Positions 42,332-52,259 of a stretch of 64,000 bases of DNA are shown one piece after another (positions within the stretch are counted from its first letter, which is position 1; the number at the start of each line of letters is the position of its first letter). The stretch comes from Candidatus Omnitrophota bacterium (GTDB lineage: Bacteria > Omnitrophota > Gorgyraeia > Zapsychrales > Zapsychraceae). The notes under the pieces are model-generated. The model searched no databases, was not told the DNA's origin, and saw only the letters and a list, made by a program, of their open reading frames with translations. The translations under genes were made by a program, and so were the position numbers. Where the stretch lies: assembly GCA_015233195.1 (NCBI GenBank), contig JADFYE010000001.1, forward strand, positions 3,235-67,234. Reading direction: 5' to 3'.

Positions 42332-43021
42332 ATGAATAAAAACTTACAAGAACTTTTTTCTTCTATAGCAACTCGGTATGATGCTTTAAACACCATCCTT
42401 AGTTTCAATATGGATAAAAAATGGAGGCAAAAAACCGTAGATGGCGTGACTATTAAACATGACGCAAAAATTTTGGATCTTTGCACTGGCACGGCGGAAA
42501 CTGCTATTTTATTCGCAAAAAAATATAAAGCATGCGAGATCGACGCGGTTGATTTTTCTCATCCAATGTTGTCAATGGCGAAAGAAAAAATTACAAAGTT
42601 GGGATTCTCTGAGCGCATCAATTTAGTCGAAGCTGATGTTTTAAATTTACCTCTCACATCCAATTATTATGACGCTGTTTCAATAAGTTTTGGTCTTAGA
42701 AATGTTGGAGATAATCAAAAGACCATGGCTCAGATTTTTACTTTTTTAAAAAAGGGAGGAGTCGCTTTTATTCTGGAATTTTCTCCTGCACCTGGAAATT
42801 TATTTGGGAAAGCTGCTAATTTTTATGTGAAAAAGATATTACCAGGGATTGCCATGATGTGCGGCGGATCAAAACAAGCGTATGGTCATTTCGCCTCGTC
42901 TATTAGTACTTTCCTTGCTCCCGAAGAGATACTTGTTTTGATGGCGTCGGCAGGATTGAAAGAATTGCGTCATCAAAATTTATTTTTGGGAGTAGTTAAT
43001 TTTTATTCTGGTAAGAAATGA
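42332..43021 (+). CDS. ubiE: Demethylmenaquinone/ubiquinone methyltransferase (UbiE/MenG family)
   Basis: 229 aa. FSSIATRYDALNTILSFNMDKKWR N-terminus and SAM motif ILDLCTGTA. LRNV block. Confidence 0.7.
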   Translation: MNKNLQELFSSIATRYDALNTILSFNMDKKWRQKTVDGVTIKHDAKILDLCTGTAETAILFAKKYKACEIDAVDFSHPMLSMAKEKITKLGFSERINLVEADVLNLPLTSNYYDAVSISFGLRNVGDNQKTMAQIFTFLKKGGVAFILEFSPAPGNLFGKAANFYVKKILPGIAMMCGGSKQAYGHFASSISTFLAPEEILVLMASAGLKELRHQNLFLGVVNFYSGKK

Positions 43022-43078
43022 ACAAGGGGGATGTAATAATTTGTAAAAAGGATTTTATTAAACACGGAGGATAAAATA

Positions 43079-44137
43079 ATGGTAATGAATCTTTATGGTT
43101 ATGCGGCAAAGTCGGCAAAGTCGGCTTTGGCTCCATTTAAGTTTACACGGCGAGAACCTCGAGCTAATGATGTGGTGATCGAAATTCTTTACTGCGGCGT
43201 ATGTCATTCAGATTTACATCAAGCTCGCAATGATTGGGGCGGCAGTATTTATCCTTTGGTACCGGGGCATGAAATTATTGGACGGGTGATCACAGTCGGC
43301 AAAGAAGTCAAACGTTTTAAGATTGGCGATAATGTTGGCGTCGGGTGTATGGTTGATTCCTGCCAGCATTGTGATGCTTGCGAACAAGGATTAGAACAGT
43401 ATTGTGAAGAGACTCCGACCTACACTTATAATTCAACTGACCCGCATGACAAAATGCTGACCTATGGCGGTTATTCTGAGAAAATCGTGGTGTCGGATAA
43501 ATTTGTAGTAAAGATTCCAAAAGGATTGGATTTAAAAGCAGCAGCGCCTTTATTGTGCGCTGGGATAACAACCTGGTCGCCTTTACGTCATTGGAAAGTA
43601 AGTAAGGGGAGTAAGGTCGCGGTTATTGGTCTGGGTGGTCTTGGGCATATGGCGTTGAAATTGGCAAAAGCGTTCGGTGCAAATGTCACGCTGTTTACCC
43701 GCTCGCCGGGAAAGGAAAAGGATGCTCGTCGCCTGGGAGCGGATCAGGTAGTATTATCGACGGATGAAAAGCAAATGCAGAGTGTAAAAAGTAAATTTGA
43801 GTTAATTATTGATACCATTCCTAATGTGCATGATCTTAAGCCATATTTGCCGACGCTTTCGATTGGCGGCACTTTGGTTCTGGTCGGATTTCTAGGTGAT
43901 CTTAAACCAGTGTTGAATACTGTTCCGTTAATTATGGGACGTAAGTCAGTAGCCGGTTCCGTCATCGGCGGCATTGCTGAAACCCAGGAAATGCTGGATT
44001 TTTGTGGCAAGCATGGCATCACGTCCGACATCGAAGTTATCAAAATTCAGGATATTAATGAAGCGTATGAACGGATGCTGAAAAGCGACGTAAAATACCG
44101 TTTTGTGATTGATATGGCGTCGTTGAAAAAGGTATAA
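43079..44137 (+). CDS. Zn-dependent NAD(P)-alcohol dehydrogenase (cinnamyl-alcohol dehydrogenase/YahK-like)
   Basis: 352 aa. GVCHSDLH, GHEIIG, the structural-Zn cysteines CQHCDACEQGLEQYC, and GLGGLGH (cofactor site). Confidence 0.8.
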   Translation: MVMNLYGYAAKSAKSALAPFKFTRREPRANDVVIEILYCGVCHSDLHQARNDWGGSIYPLVPGHEIIGRVITVGKEVKRFKIGDNVGVGCMVDSCQHCDACEQGLEQYCEETPTYTYNSTDPHDKMLTYGGYSEKIVVSDKFVVKIPKGLDLKAAAPLLCAGITTWSPLRHWKVSKGSKVAVIGLGGLGHMALKLAKAFGANVTLFTRSPGKEKDARRLGADQVVLSTDEKQMQSVKSKFELIIDTIPNVHDLKPYLPTLSIGGTLVLVGFLGDLKPVLNTVPLIMGRKSVAGSVIGGIAETQEMLDFCGKHGITSDIEVIKIQDINEAYERMLKSDVKYRFVIDMASLKKV

Positions 44138-44138
44138 A

Positions 44139-45011
44139 TTACCAATCAAAATTGAACGTTAATGGGTTGACTTTAGCTTTTTCCATAAGAGCAAACGTGT
44201 GCTCAAAATCTTGTTCAGTTGTTTTGATGAATCCTTTTGCTTTAAAACTTTCTTTCAGATTTTGCGCGGTTGGAGACGATTGTGTCTCAAGCTGGGTTAA
44301 TGCCTCTTCAATACTCTTGCCGTATTTTTCGTAAGTTTTTTTGGTCAAAATCATGGTGTTGTTGGGATTTTCCGCGGAATCTTCTCCGACTTGAACAGTT
44401 CCAGGAAATTCGTTGCCATTTTTATAGGTTAAATTTTTAACAATCGCGTAATCCGCGCGTTGGTTTATGACAGCCCGGATTGCAGAAATATGATTAGAGG
44501 TTATTTGCGGAGTTAAAAATTTATTGGGGTTTTCTCCCTCGGTGAGTCCCCTTACAAAAACTTCGCCTGAAGAAGCTAATGCGCAATAAGCCACATTTTT
44601 ATTTTTTAGATCGGAGAGTCCGTTAAACACAGGTGTTCCTGTACGCGCTACAACTATGGCTTTATACGTTGAAACTCCTTCATTGGATACTGGACGGACA
44701 ACGGGGACTGCGTAACCTTTTTTTATGAACACTGCTGCAACAAAAGATCCTGCGAACATGCCATCAACTGCGCCAGACTTGAACATGTCAACAGCCATAG
44801 GATAATCTTGCGCTGTCTCAAGCTTAATATCATCGATCCCTGAAACATTGGTTTTTATATAATCTGCCAGAAACGCGTATTTATGTGCTTCTTGGGCTGG
44901 ATCGTCGGATACCATAATAACAAATTTCAGAACGTCACCAGCAAATACCTGACTGCTACCAAAATAAAAAATCATTAGAACCAGCACGACCAATTTTAAA
45001 TTTTTTTTCAC
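44139..45011 (-). CDS. PhnD-like periplasmic substrate-binding protein
   Basis: 290 aa. Signal peptide, then LKFVIMVSDDP...DGMFAGSF...YKAIVVAR, typical of phosphonate-type (PBP2) binding proteins. No cognate ABC genes are adjacent. Confidence 0.55.
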   Translation of the reverse strand: MKKNLKLVVLVLMIFYFGSSQVFAGDVLKFVIMVSDDPAQEAHKYAFLADYIKTNVSGIDDIKLETAQDYPMAVDMFKSGAVDGMFAGSFVAAVFIKKGYAVPVVRPVSNEGVSTYKAIVVARTGTPVFNGLSDLKNKNVAYCALASSGEVFVRGLTEGENPNKFLTPQITSNHISAIRAVINQRADYAIVKNLTYKNGNEFPGTVQVGEDSAENPNNTMILTKKTYEKYGKSIEEALTQLETQSSPTAQNLKESFKAKGFIKTTEQDFEHTFALMEKAKVNPLTFNFDW

Positions 45012-45121
45012 TGTTGCCTCCTGAGAATTTTAATTTTATGTAAAAAATATTATACCATTTTGATTTAGTGTTTTTAAAAATTTTCTGTATATTATAATCT
45101 AGCTTTAAGAGAGGAGCACAA

Positions 45122-46447
45122 GTGGTACATCATAAACGAATTGTAATTGCCAGCATGATCGGCACAACGATCGAATTTTATGATTTTTATATTTATGCAA
45201 CTGCTGCAGTTTCAGTTTTTCCTATTTTATTTTTTACCAAGAGTGATGCGGGAGCTGCGCTTTTAGCGTCTATGGCTACTTTTGGAGTTGCTTTTGTTGC
45301 CCGACCGATTGGCTCAATTTTATTTGGGCATTTCGGAGATAGGATTGGACGTAAAGCGACTTTGGTTGGTTCTTTATTAACCATGGGGATCGCTACTTTC
45401 TTGATCGGACTTCTTCCAACTGTAATTCAAATTGGTTTACTTGCGCCAACTTTATTGACGATTTTACGTTTTTGCCAGGGGCTGGGTTTAGGCGGTGAGT
45501 GGTCGGGTGCTGCACTTTTGGTAACAGAGACTGCTAAAGATGGTAAACGCGCCTGGGCAGCAATGTGGCCGCAGTTAGGCGCACCATTTGGATTTATTTT
45601 AGCTAATGGTTTCTTTTTGTTGCTTACTATCCTATTTAAATATAATTCTGCTGAAGCACAACTTAAAAGTGATTTTATCGTCTGGGGATGGAGAATTCCG
45701 TTTTTAGCATCACTTATCTTGGTGGTAGTGGGGTTGTATGTACGGTTAAAACTCGACGAGACGCCTATATTTGCCCAGGCAGTTGCAGAAGGCAAGAAAT
45801 TAAAGACTCCGCTGTTTGTAGTGTTTAGAGATTATTTTAAAGAATTGGTTTTAGGCACTTTCATTATGTTGGCTACTTACGGAGTATTTTATTTAATGAC
45901 TACTTGGATACTTTCCTATGCAATTGGGAAAACATCGTTAGGATTTTTAGGGATTGGTTATCATGAATTTTTGGTGATACAGCTTATTTCAGTTTTATTT
46001 TTTGCGGGAATGATTCCGGTGGCAGGATGGTTGGCAGATAAATATGGTCGACGGATTTTCCTTCTTATCGTAACCAGCTGTATAATTTTATTTGGGTTAT
46101 CGTTTAATTTGTTTCTTGATCCTGCGATTATGGGAATAGGTAATAAAGCAAATATGGGGTTAATGTTATTATTTTTGAGCATAGGTATGGCGTTGATGGG
46201 TCTAAGTTTTGGTCCTATGTCAGCAGTTCTTCCTGAACTTTTTCCGACGAATGTAAGATATACCGGATCGGGAATTTCCTACAACGCAGCTTCTATTTTA
46301 GGCGCAGCGCTTACGCCTTTTGTCGCTGTTTGGCTTGCCAGAAATTATGGAGTCGGTTCAGTTGGCATATATCTTTCGTCTTTGGCATTCCTGACATTCG
46401 TTGCCCTTTTATTTTCAAAGGAAACGAAACAGATCAAGCTTGATTAA
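45122..46447 (+). CDS. MFS transporter, metabolite:H+ symporter (MHS) family
   Basis: 441 aa with 12 hydrophobic spans. GHFGDRIGRK motif in loop 2-3. GTG start. Confidence 0.75.
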   Translation: MVHHKRIVIASMIGTTIEFYDFYIYATAAVSVFPILFFTKSDAGAALLASMATFGVAFVARPIGSILFGHFGDRIGRKATLVGSLLTMGIATFLIGLLPTVIQIGLLAPTLLTILRFCQGLGLGGEWSGAALLVTETAKDGKRAWAAMWPQLGAPFGFILANGFFLLLTILFKYNSAEAQLKSDFIVWGWRIPFLASLILVVVGLYVRLKLDETPIFAQAVAEGKKLKTPLFVVFRDYFKELVLGTFIMLATYGVFYLMTTWILSYAIGKTSLGFLGIGYHEFLVIQLISVLFFAGMIPVAGWLADKYGRRIFLLIVTSCIILFGLSFNLFLDPAIMGIGNKANMGLMLLFLSIGMALMGLSFGPMSAVLPELFPTNVRYTGSGISYNAASILGAALTPFVAVWLARNYGVGSVGIYLSSLAFLTFVALLFSKETKQIKLD

Positions 46448-46545
46448 TTTAAGTAGGTTATACCGCAGTACAATTGCTTCGCTTCTGTTTTATACTTAAA
46501 ATATTTTCAGATAAACAATATTAACTATTTAATTGGAGATGAAAC

Positions 46546-46731
46546 ATGAAAGAATCGAAATCTGTAATCAAAGACCCAGTATGCGGAATGACTGTTAACG
46601 CGGCAACCGCTCTTTATACTGAAAAGGATGGAAAAAAGTTTTATTTCTGCAGTGATGATTGCAAGAAAAAATTTATGTCTAAAGGCGATAGTACAAAGTC
46701 TGGGGGGAAGTCTGATTGTTGTTGTGGATAA
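46546..46731 (+). CDS. YHS/TRASH-domain metal-binding protein
   Basis: 61 aa. DPVCGMTV...YFCSDDCKKKF (YHS domain). C-terminal Cys cluster DCCCG. Confidence 0.75.
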   Translation: MKESKSVIKDPVCGMTVNAATALYTEKDGKKFYFCSDDCKKKFMSKGDSTKSGGKSDCCCG

Positions 46732-46782
46732 GATTTTGGTTGGAAATTTAAAAATGAAGTTGAGTTAGAAAGGAGAAATAGT

Positions 46783-47430
46783 ATGAAAAAGTTAACTGTG
46801 GTTATAATATTAATGATGTTTTGCATGGCTGCTGTAAGTAGTCGTTCTTATGCTCAAGGTATGAAAGATAATAAAATGGGCAGTATGACTTGCACTAAGG
46901 CAGATATTGAGCTGCGATTAGCTATGCGAAAATTGTGGGAAGACCATATCGTATATACACGGAATTATATTATCAGTGCTCTTTCGGATCTGGGAGATGT
47001 AGACGCTATTGCCGGACGCTTACTTAAGAATCAAGACGACATTGGCGATGCTATAAAACCTTATTATGGAGAAGACGCAGGGAAAAAATTATCGGCACTT
47101 TTAAGAGAGCATATAATGATAGCCACAGAAGTAGTTAAAGCGGCAAAGATGGATAATAAAGTAGAATTAGATAAAGCAAATAAAAAATGGAATGCTAACG
47201 CGGATGATATAGCGGTATTCTTAAGCGGTGCCAATCCTAATTGGGCTAAGCAAGATTTGACTGCTATGTTATACAAACATCTGGTGCTTACTACAGGAGA
47301 AGTGGTTTCTAAACTCAAAAAAGATTGGGCAGCGGATATAAATTATTATGATGAAGGTCACATGCATATGCTGATGTTCGCGGACATGTTGACTGACGGG
47401 ATTGAGAAACAGTTTCCAGAAAAATTTTAG
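46783..47430 (+). CDS. Secreted hypothetical helical protein
   Basis: 215 aa. Signal peptide MKKLTVVIILMMFCMAAVSSRSYA. Two similar helical halves. No function recognised. Confidence 0.45.
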   Translation: MKKLTVVIILMMFCMAAVSSRSYAQGMKDNKMGSMTCTKADIELRLAMRKLWEDHIVYTRNYIISALSDLGDVDAIAGRLLKNQDDIGDAIKPYYGEDAGKKLSALLREHIMIATEVVKAAKMDNKVELDKANKKWNANADDIAVFLSGANPNWAKQDLTAMLYKHLVLTTGEVVSKLKKDWAADINYYDEGHMHMLMFADMLTDGIEKQFPEKF

Positions 47431-47488
47431 ATATAAAAAATTTAACTGGAAATTTTTGTTAAGCTAAAATGGTTTTGTTGAATAACAT

Positions 47489-47515
47489 GGGGCAGCTAAG
47501 TCTGCCCCTATTTAA
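47489..47515 (+). terminator. Candidate rho-independent terminator
   Basis: Stem ggggcag/ctgcccc (7 bp), loop ctaagt, followed by tatttaatt. Confidence 0.55.
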
Positions 47516-47612
47516 TTCATGCATTCAATTTACTTAGTGATTATTTTTTATGTCATGTTAAAATATTTCATAAAATTTTTTAAAGACTTGTATAGAATTA
47601 TTAGGAGTGGTT

Positions 47613-48941
47613 ATGTCACAGGTGGTTAAACAGGTAATTGATTTTTTAGCTAGAGATATTTGGCGGATTCATACTAAAAAACTTCCTCGTAGAAAATCTT
47701 TTTTAATTAAACAGTTGCGTGTTATTGTGCTGGCAGTCCGTGAGTTTCGAGGGAATAAATGCCAGCTTAATGCTTCGGCGTTGACTTTCTATTCGTTGCT
47801 TTCGATAGTTCCGGTAGTGGCAATGGCGTTCGGGATTGCAAAGGGATTTGGTTTTGATCAATTATTTGAGAAGCAGTTGTTAATGAAATTTCCTGGTCAA
47901 GAACAAACCCTTACTCAGATAATTGGTTTTGCAAATAATCTTCTTGCAGATACGCAGGGAGGAATTGTAGCCGGTGTAGGCGTCATTGTTCTTTTCTGGA
48001 CGGTGATTAAAGTGCTGAATAGTATTGAGACGTCATTTAATGATATCTGGGGTATTAAGAAAGATCGCAGTTTTAGCCGTAAAGTAAGTGATTATCTTTC
48101 CATAATGTTGATTTGTCCTTTTTTCATTATAGCTTCCAGCGGGGTAACGGTTTTTGTCAGTACGCAGGTTGAGCTGATCGTGCAGAAGCTGGCTTTCCTC
48201 GGAAGTGTCGGTTCTTTAATACTGCTTTCATTGCATCTTTTACCATATGTGATTATGTGGATTCTTTTTACATTCATTTATATTTTTATGCCTAATACAA
48301 AAGTTAATTTATCGTCTGGTGTTATTGGCGGTATTGTGGCAGGAACGATTTATCAAGTGGTGCAGGTCATTTATATTAAATTTCAGGTCGGGGTGGGAAA
48401 CGCGAACGCTATTTATGGAAGTTTTGCCGCGCTTCCATTATTTTTGATCTGGCTGCAGTTAAGCTGGCGGATTGTCCTTTTCGGTACAGAAGTTTCTTTT
48501 GCTCATCAGAATGTTGATACTTATGAGTTTGAGCACGACTGTCTGAATGTTAGTCATAATTTCAAACGTATGCTGACTTTACAAATTACAACTATTTTGG
48601 TGAAACGTTTTGCAAGCGGGGATTCACCTTTGACTGCCAGGGAGATTTCTGACCAGCTGGATATTCCTATCCGTCTGGTTGAGGATATTCTTTTTGAGTT
48701 GACTGCGGCAGGTATTTTGTCTGAGACAAAGAATGCTACGGAAAAACAATCATCGTATCAGCCGGGTCGGGATATTAATCAACTTACAATTTATTTTGTG
48801 AATGATACGTTGGATAAGCGGGGAACTGGGAATATTCCGGTAGCGCAAACTGCAGAATTAGCAAAAATCAAAGAATCATTGAAAGATTTTGAGGCGCAGA
48901 TTTTGCAGTGTTCAGGGAACCTGCTGCTTAAAGATATTTAA
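47613..48941 (+). CDS. YihY/BrkB-family membrane protein with C-terminal winged-helix-like extension
   Basis: ATG at 47613 (AGGAG SD). ALTFYSLLSIVP and six TM spans are typical of YihY. An extra ~130-aa C-terminal soluble domain (SPLTAREISDQLDIPIRLVEDILFELTAAGIL) is present. Confidence 0.65.
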   Translation: MSQVVKQVIDFLARDIWRIHTKKLPRRKSFLIKQLRVIVLAVREFRGNKCQLNASALTFYSLLSIVPVVAMAFGIAKGFGFDQLFEKQLLMKFPGQEQTLTQIIGFANNLLADTQGGIVAGVGVIVLFWTVIKVLNSIETSFNDIWGIKKDRSFSRKVSDYLSIMLICPFFIIASSGVTVFVSTQVELIVQKLAFLGSVGSLILLSLHLLPYVIMWILFTFIYIFMPNTKVNLSSGVIGGIVAGTIYQVVQVIYIKFQVGVGNANAIYGSFAALPLFLIWLQLSWRIVLFGTEVSFAHQNVDTYEFEHDCLNVSHNFKRMLTLQITTILVKRFASGDSPLTAREISDQLDIPIRLVEDILFELTAAGILSETKNATEKQSSYQPGRDINQLTIYFVNDTLDKRGTGNIPVAQTAELAKIKESLKDFEAQILQCSGNLLLKDI

Positions 48942-48960
48942 AATAAATAGAAAGTAAAAT

Positions 48961-49557
48961 ATGTCGAATGATTTTTGGAAAAAAATAGAACAGCGGGATG
49001 AAATTTTAAGAGAGATCGCGATTGTTATTGATACGTGGGATGATATTTTTTCTGATTTTGATCCTCGTCCATTGAGTGAGCGCACAGTATCAGGTGATTT
49101 TATCGACGAACTTAAGAAGCGTTACATTGAAAAACGGTCGGGTGATTTTTGTATTACGCTATATGCGCCGTTGGTATTGAAAAACAAAGAATCGGAAAAA
49201 ATTGTAACTATCCGTCTTAAACAGCATTTTCGTCAAAGGTTTTTACAGATGAAAAAAGGCATGATGGTAATTCGGATTCAGGGCATGGTTTTCGCTTTGG
49301 TTGGGATTTGTGCTTTAGGGTTTTTAACATTAGCGACTTATTTTAAGTGGTTTCATGATTTGATAATTCAAATATTAGGAATATTTCTTATGCCGCTGGG
49401 CTGGTTTGGGGTTTGGGAAGGTTTTTCTAAGATTATTGATACTTCTCCGGTGGTCTTACAAGATAAACAATTGTTTGAAAAATTATCTAACGCCACTTAT
49501 CTTTTTAAATATATTGAGGAAGTGAAGGTTACGGGTAAAGTTGAAGATTTAGGGTAA
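48961..49557 (+). CDS. Hypothetical membrane protein (2 TM helices)
   Basis: 198-aa ORF. No recognised motif. Confidence 0.4.
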   Translation: MSNDFWKKIEQRDEILREIAIVIDTWDDIFSDFDPRPLSERTVSGDFIDELKKRYIEKRSGDFCITLYAPLVLKNKESEKIVTIRLKQHFRQRFLQMKKGMMVIRIQGMVFALVGICALGFLTLATYFKWFHDLIIQILGIFLMPLGWFGVWEGFSKIIDTSPVVLQDKQLFEKLSNATYLFKYIEEVKVTGKVEDLG

Positions 49558-49584
49558 GTAAATAAATTTAGAGTTAAAGTGTGA

Positions 49585-49620
49585 AAAAAGGACCGTTTTA
49601 AAACGGTCTTTTTTATTTTT
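49585..49620. terminator. Rho-independent terminator (A-tract / hairpin / T-tract, potentially bidirectional)
   Basis: aaaaaag-gaccgtttt/aaaacggtc-ttttttattttt. Confidence 0.7.
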
Positions 49621-49729
49621 GTCCGTCGGAAGCGTTATGTTCAATAGTTATTTATTATACCTCAGTATAATAGAATTATTTTTAACGATTGTATAAAATA
49701 TTACAAATATTAATAAAGGAGAAAAGAAA

Positions 49730-50074
49730 ATGAATACAGAAACTCAGACGAAAGCCAGTAGTACCAAAATCAGCGAAGCGCTGGAACTATTGAACGAGGC
49801 TGCAAAAGAAAAAAAAGATGAGTTGAAAAATTTAATGGTGAATAAATATGCACATATTAAGGAAGCAATGAATGCTGAAGTAGATCAAGGGAAAGCTGCT
49901 TTGCAGCAAACCAAAGATATGGCTCAAAAAGTGATGGTTGAGGGAAAAGAAAAAGTGAAAGAAATAGCAGGACATGCGGATAAGTGTGTGCGCCAGGATC
50001 CTTGGTCTTACATTGCTGGGACTGCTGCAGTAGCTATTTTATTAGGTTATATAATGGGTTCTAAACGCAGATAA
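49730..50074 (+). CDS. ElaB/YqjD/DUF883-family membrane-anchored protein
   Basis: 114 aa. Helical N-terminus and C-terminal DPWSYIAGTAAVAILLGYIMGSKRR anchor, typical of DUF883. Confidence 0.7.
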   Translation: MNTETQTKASSTKISEALELLNEAAKEKKDELKNLMVNKYAHIKEAMNAEVDQGKAALQQTKDMAQKVMVEGKEKVKEIAGHADKCVRQDPWSYIAGTAAVAILLGYIMGSKRR

Positions 50075-50097
50075 TTCAAATTTAGGATGGGTTTAAA

Positions 50098-50520
50098 ATG
50101 ACTATTCAGCGACTAATTCGCAGATTTTTTTCGTATTTCCTTTTTTTTAATATTTTTAAAAAATATAAAAATAATGTTTCTTTGTTAAAAATAAAAGCCG
50201 CCCGGGCGTACGTTATTGGCGTGAAAAAAACCAGGGTGTTCTTTTTTGGGGCATTATTGGTTTTGGTTGCTTTTGTGTTTTTGATAAACAGTTTGTTTTT
50301 GGTCCAAGCGGCAATGTTTACTTATTCAATGTGGAGCAGGGAAATGAAATTCATCGCGGCTTTAGTTTTGGCTGGGATAGAATTATTAGCGGCAATAGGT
50401 ATTTTGAGTTATTTGTTCAGGGAAGAAACCTGGGGTAAATTTTTTGGAATTCATAAAGTGATTGATTTGGTTGTTAATAAAAAAGATCATAATAATAAAA
50501 ATTTGAAGGAACAATCTTAA
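50098..50520 (+). CDS. Small membrane protein (YqjE/DUF1469-like by position and topology)
   Basis: 140 aa with two hydrophobic hairpin helices. Follows the ElaB-like gene, as yqjE follows yqjD in E. coli. The sequence motif was not verified. Confidence 0.35.
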   Translation: MTIQRLIRRFFSYFLFFNIFKKYKNNVSLLKIKAARAYVIGVKKTRVFFFGALLVLVAFVFLINSLFLVQAAMFTYSMWSREMKFIAALVLAGIELLAAIGILSYLFREETWGKFFGIHKVIDLVVNKKDHNNKNLKEQS

Positions 50521-50568
50521 GTTGATTTTTGTAAAAGATACCGAGGCTAATAAAAATAGGAGAAGAAA

Positions 50569-51648
50569 ATGGGCGCATCGAAAAACGACAAATTGTTTTC
50601 AGAACTTCGGATCAATAATATTATTTTTAAAAATCGTCTGGGAGTAGCGCCAATGACGCGGATGTCATCAGGGCAGGATAGCATTCCCCGTAAAGATGTT
50701 TTGGATTTTTTGGTGCGCCGGGCGCGAAACGGTGCTGCAGTAGTTTATACTGAGGCGATCGTTACTGATTATGAGAGCGCGCAAGGATATCCTCGTCAAT
50801 CCCGTTTGGTAACCCAACGCCAGATTGAAGCTTGGAAGCCGATAGTTGAGGCGATTAAGAAAGAAGGTGCGGTAGCAATTATGCAAATGTTTCATTGCGG
50901 ACGCGTAGCTGCTACAGGCGTTAACCCTGCCAGCCGGGTCATAGCACCCAGTCCTTTGATACCAGCTCAAAATAATCCAATTACCGGATCACCGTATCCT
51001 ATGCCGGATGAAATGAGTTTATTTGATATGCAGCATGTGATGTGGGGTTTTGCTGATACTGCTAAGGGAGCGATTGCCGCTGGGTTTGACGGAGTAGAAC
51101 TTCATTGCGCGCACGGGTATTTGATGAACCAATTCTTGTCAGCTTATTCTAATCAGCGTAAAGATAATTATGGTGGTTCTATGGAGAACCGTTTTCGTTA
51201 TGTTCATGAGGTTATAGGAGTGGTGCGCAAAGTTATTCCTCAGGATCGCTTATTTTTGATACGGATATCGAATTGGGGTGTGGTGGATATGGATGTATCT
51301 TTGTTTGCTGATAAAGCAGAATGGCAGGAAATGATTCGTTTATTTTCCAAAGAACCGATTGATGCTATTTCTTTATCAACTTATGACTATAAACAAAAAG
51401 CATTTGGTACGGATAAGAATATGGCTCAGATTACGAGGGAAGCAACGAAATTGCCGATTTTTATCTGCGGTAAAATTCATGATCGTTTATCTGCGGAAGA
51501 AGCGCTGGCTGATGCGGATTTGGTTCTTTCCGCAAAATCAATATTATTAAATCCGGATTGGGTCGAAGATGTCCGTGTCGGAAAAACCTTACCAGTTAGA
51601 AAATCAGAAGAAGCCAACATTGCTTATACTGACACACCGTTAGCGTAG
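50569..51648 (+). CDS. NADH:flavin oxidoreductase (Old Yellow Enzyme family)
   Basis: 359 aa. FKNRLGVAPMTR, FDGVELHCAHGYLMNQFLS and RKDNYGGSMENR. Confidence 0.8.
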   Translation: MGASKNDKLFSELRINNIIFKNRLGVAPMTRMSSGQDSIPRKDVLDFLVRRARNGAAVVYTEAIVTDYESAQGYPRQSRLVTQRQIEAWKPIVEAIKKEGAVAIMQMFHCGRVAATGVNPASRVIAPSPLIPAQNNPITGSPYPMPDEMSLFDMQHVMWGFADTAKGAIAAGFDGVELHCAHGYLMNQFLSAYSNQRKDNYGGSMENRFRYVHEVIGVVRKVIPQDRLFLIRISNWGVVDMDVSLFADKAEWQEMIRLFSKEPIDAISLSTYDYKQKAFGTDKNMAQITREATKLPIFICGKIHDRLSAEEALADADLVLSAKSILLNPDWVEDVRVGKTLPVRKSEEANIAYTDTPLA

Positions 51649-51722
51649 TTTTTTATAAATAGATAAAAATTAGTACTTGTCACTACTTATTTATATATAA
51701 TAAATAAAAAAAGGAGGTTTTT

Positions 51723-52250
51723 ATGGCTGATATTTTACCTGAAAAATGGATGAAGGGTGTAGCAATCACCACAACTGTATTAGCTGTTGTAGCGTCGATA
51801 GCATCATCACGATCCGCTTTTTTTATTGCAAAAGCACAGCTTTTAACTGCACTTGAAGGAAGTCAATGGTCTTATTATCAGGCTAAAAGTGTTAAACAAA
51901 ATTTAGCTGAAGCTCAGCAAGTTACGCTTCAATCTGGTCTGCTTGGGGCAACTACTCCGGAACAAAAAGAATTTATAACGCAAAATATAATGAATTATGC
52001 TGAGAATGTTGCGCGGTATGAGAAGGAAAAAGATGTAATTAAAAAAGATGCTGAAAAAATAGGCAAGGAGAACGGTATTGTTGTAAGGAAAGGCAGTCAG
52101 TTTTCTTTGGCGGTTGTATTTTCTCAGATCGGGATCATGCTTTCTTCAGTCGGTGCACTTTTAAGACGGAAAGAAATGTGGATTACTGGGATTATTATTG
52201 GTTCATTCTCGCTTTTTTATATTGTTAACGGTTTTTTGCTTTTCTTTTAA
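51723..52250 (+). CDS. DUF4337-family membrane protein
   Basis: 175 aa. VAITTTVLAVVASIAS...SQWSYYQAKSVKQNL pattern and two C-terminal TM helices. Confidence 0.6.
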   Translation: MADILPEKWMKGVAITTTVLAVVASIASSRSAFFIAKAQLLTALEGSQWSYYQAKSVKQNLAEAQQVTLQSGLLGATTPEQKEFITQNIMNYAENVARYEKEKDVIKKDAEKIGKENGIVVRKGSQFSLAVVFSQIGIMLSSVGALLRRKEMWITGIIIGSFSLFYIVNGFLLFF

Positions 52251-52259
52251 ATTATCAAT

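Noticed and set aside
44135-44141. Convergent ADH and PhnD-like genes whose stop codons are separated by a single nucleotide (TAAATTA).
   Set aside because: It is a real but trivial consequence of a compact genome. No terminator or regulatory structure is visible.
52251-52259. TPP riboswitch expected upstream of thiM.
   Set aside because: Only 9 nt separate thiM from the preceding gene, and no ctgaga...acctgatctggata-type sequence is nearby.
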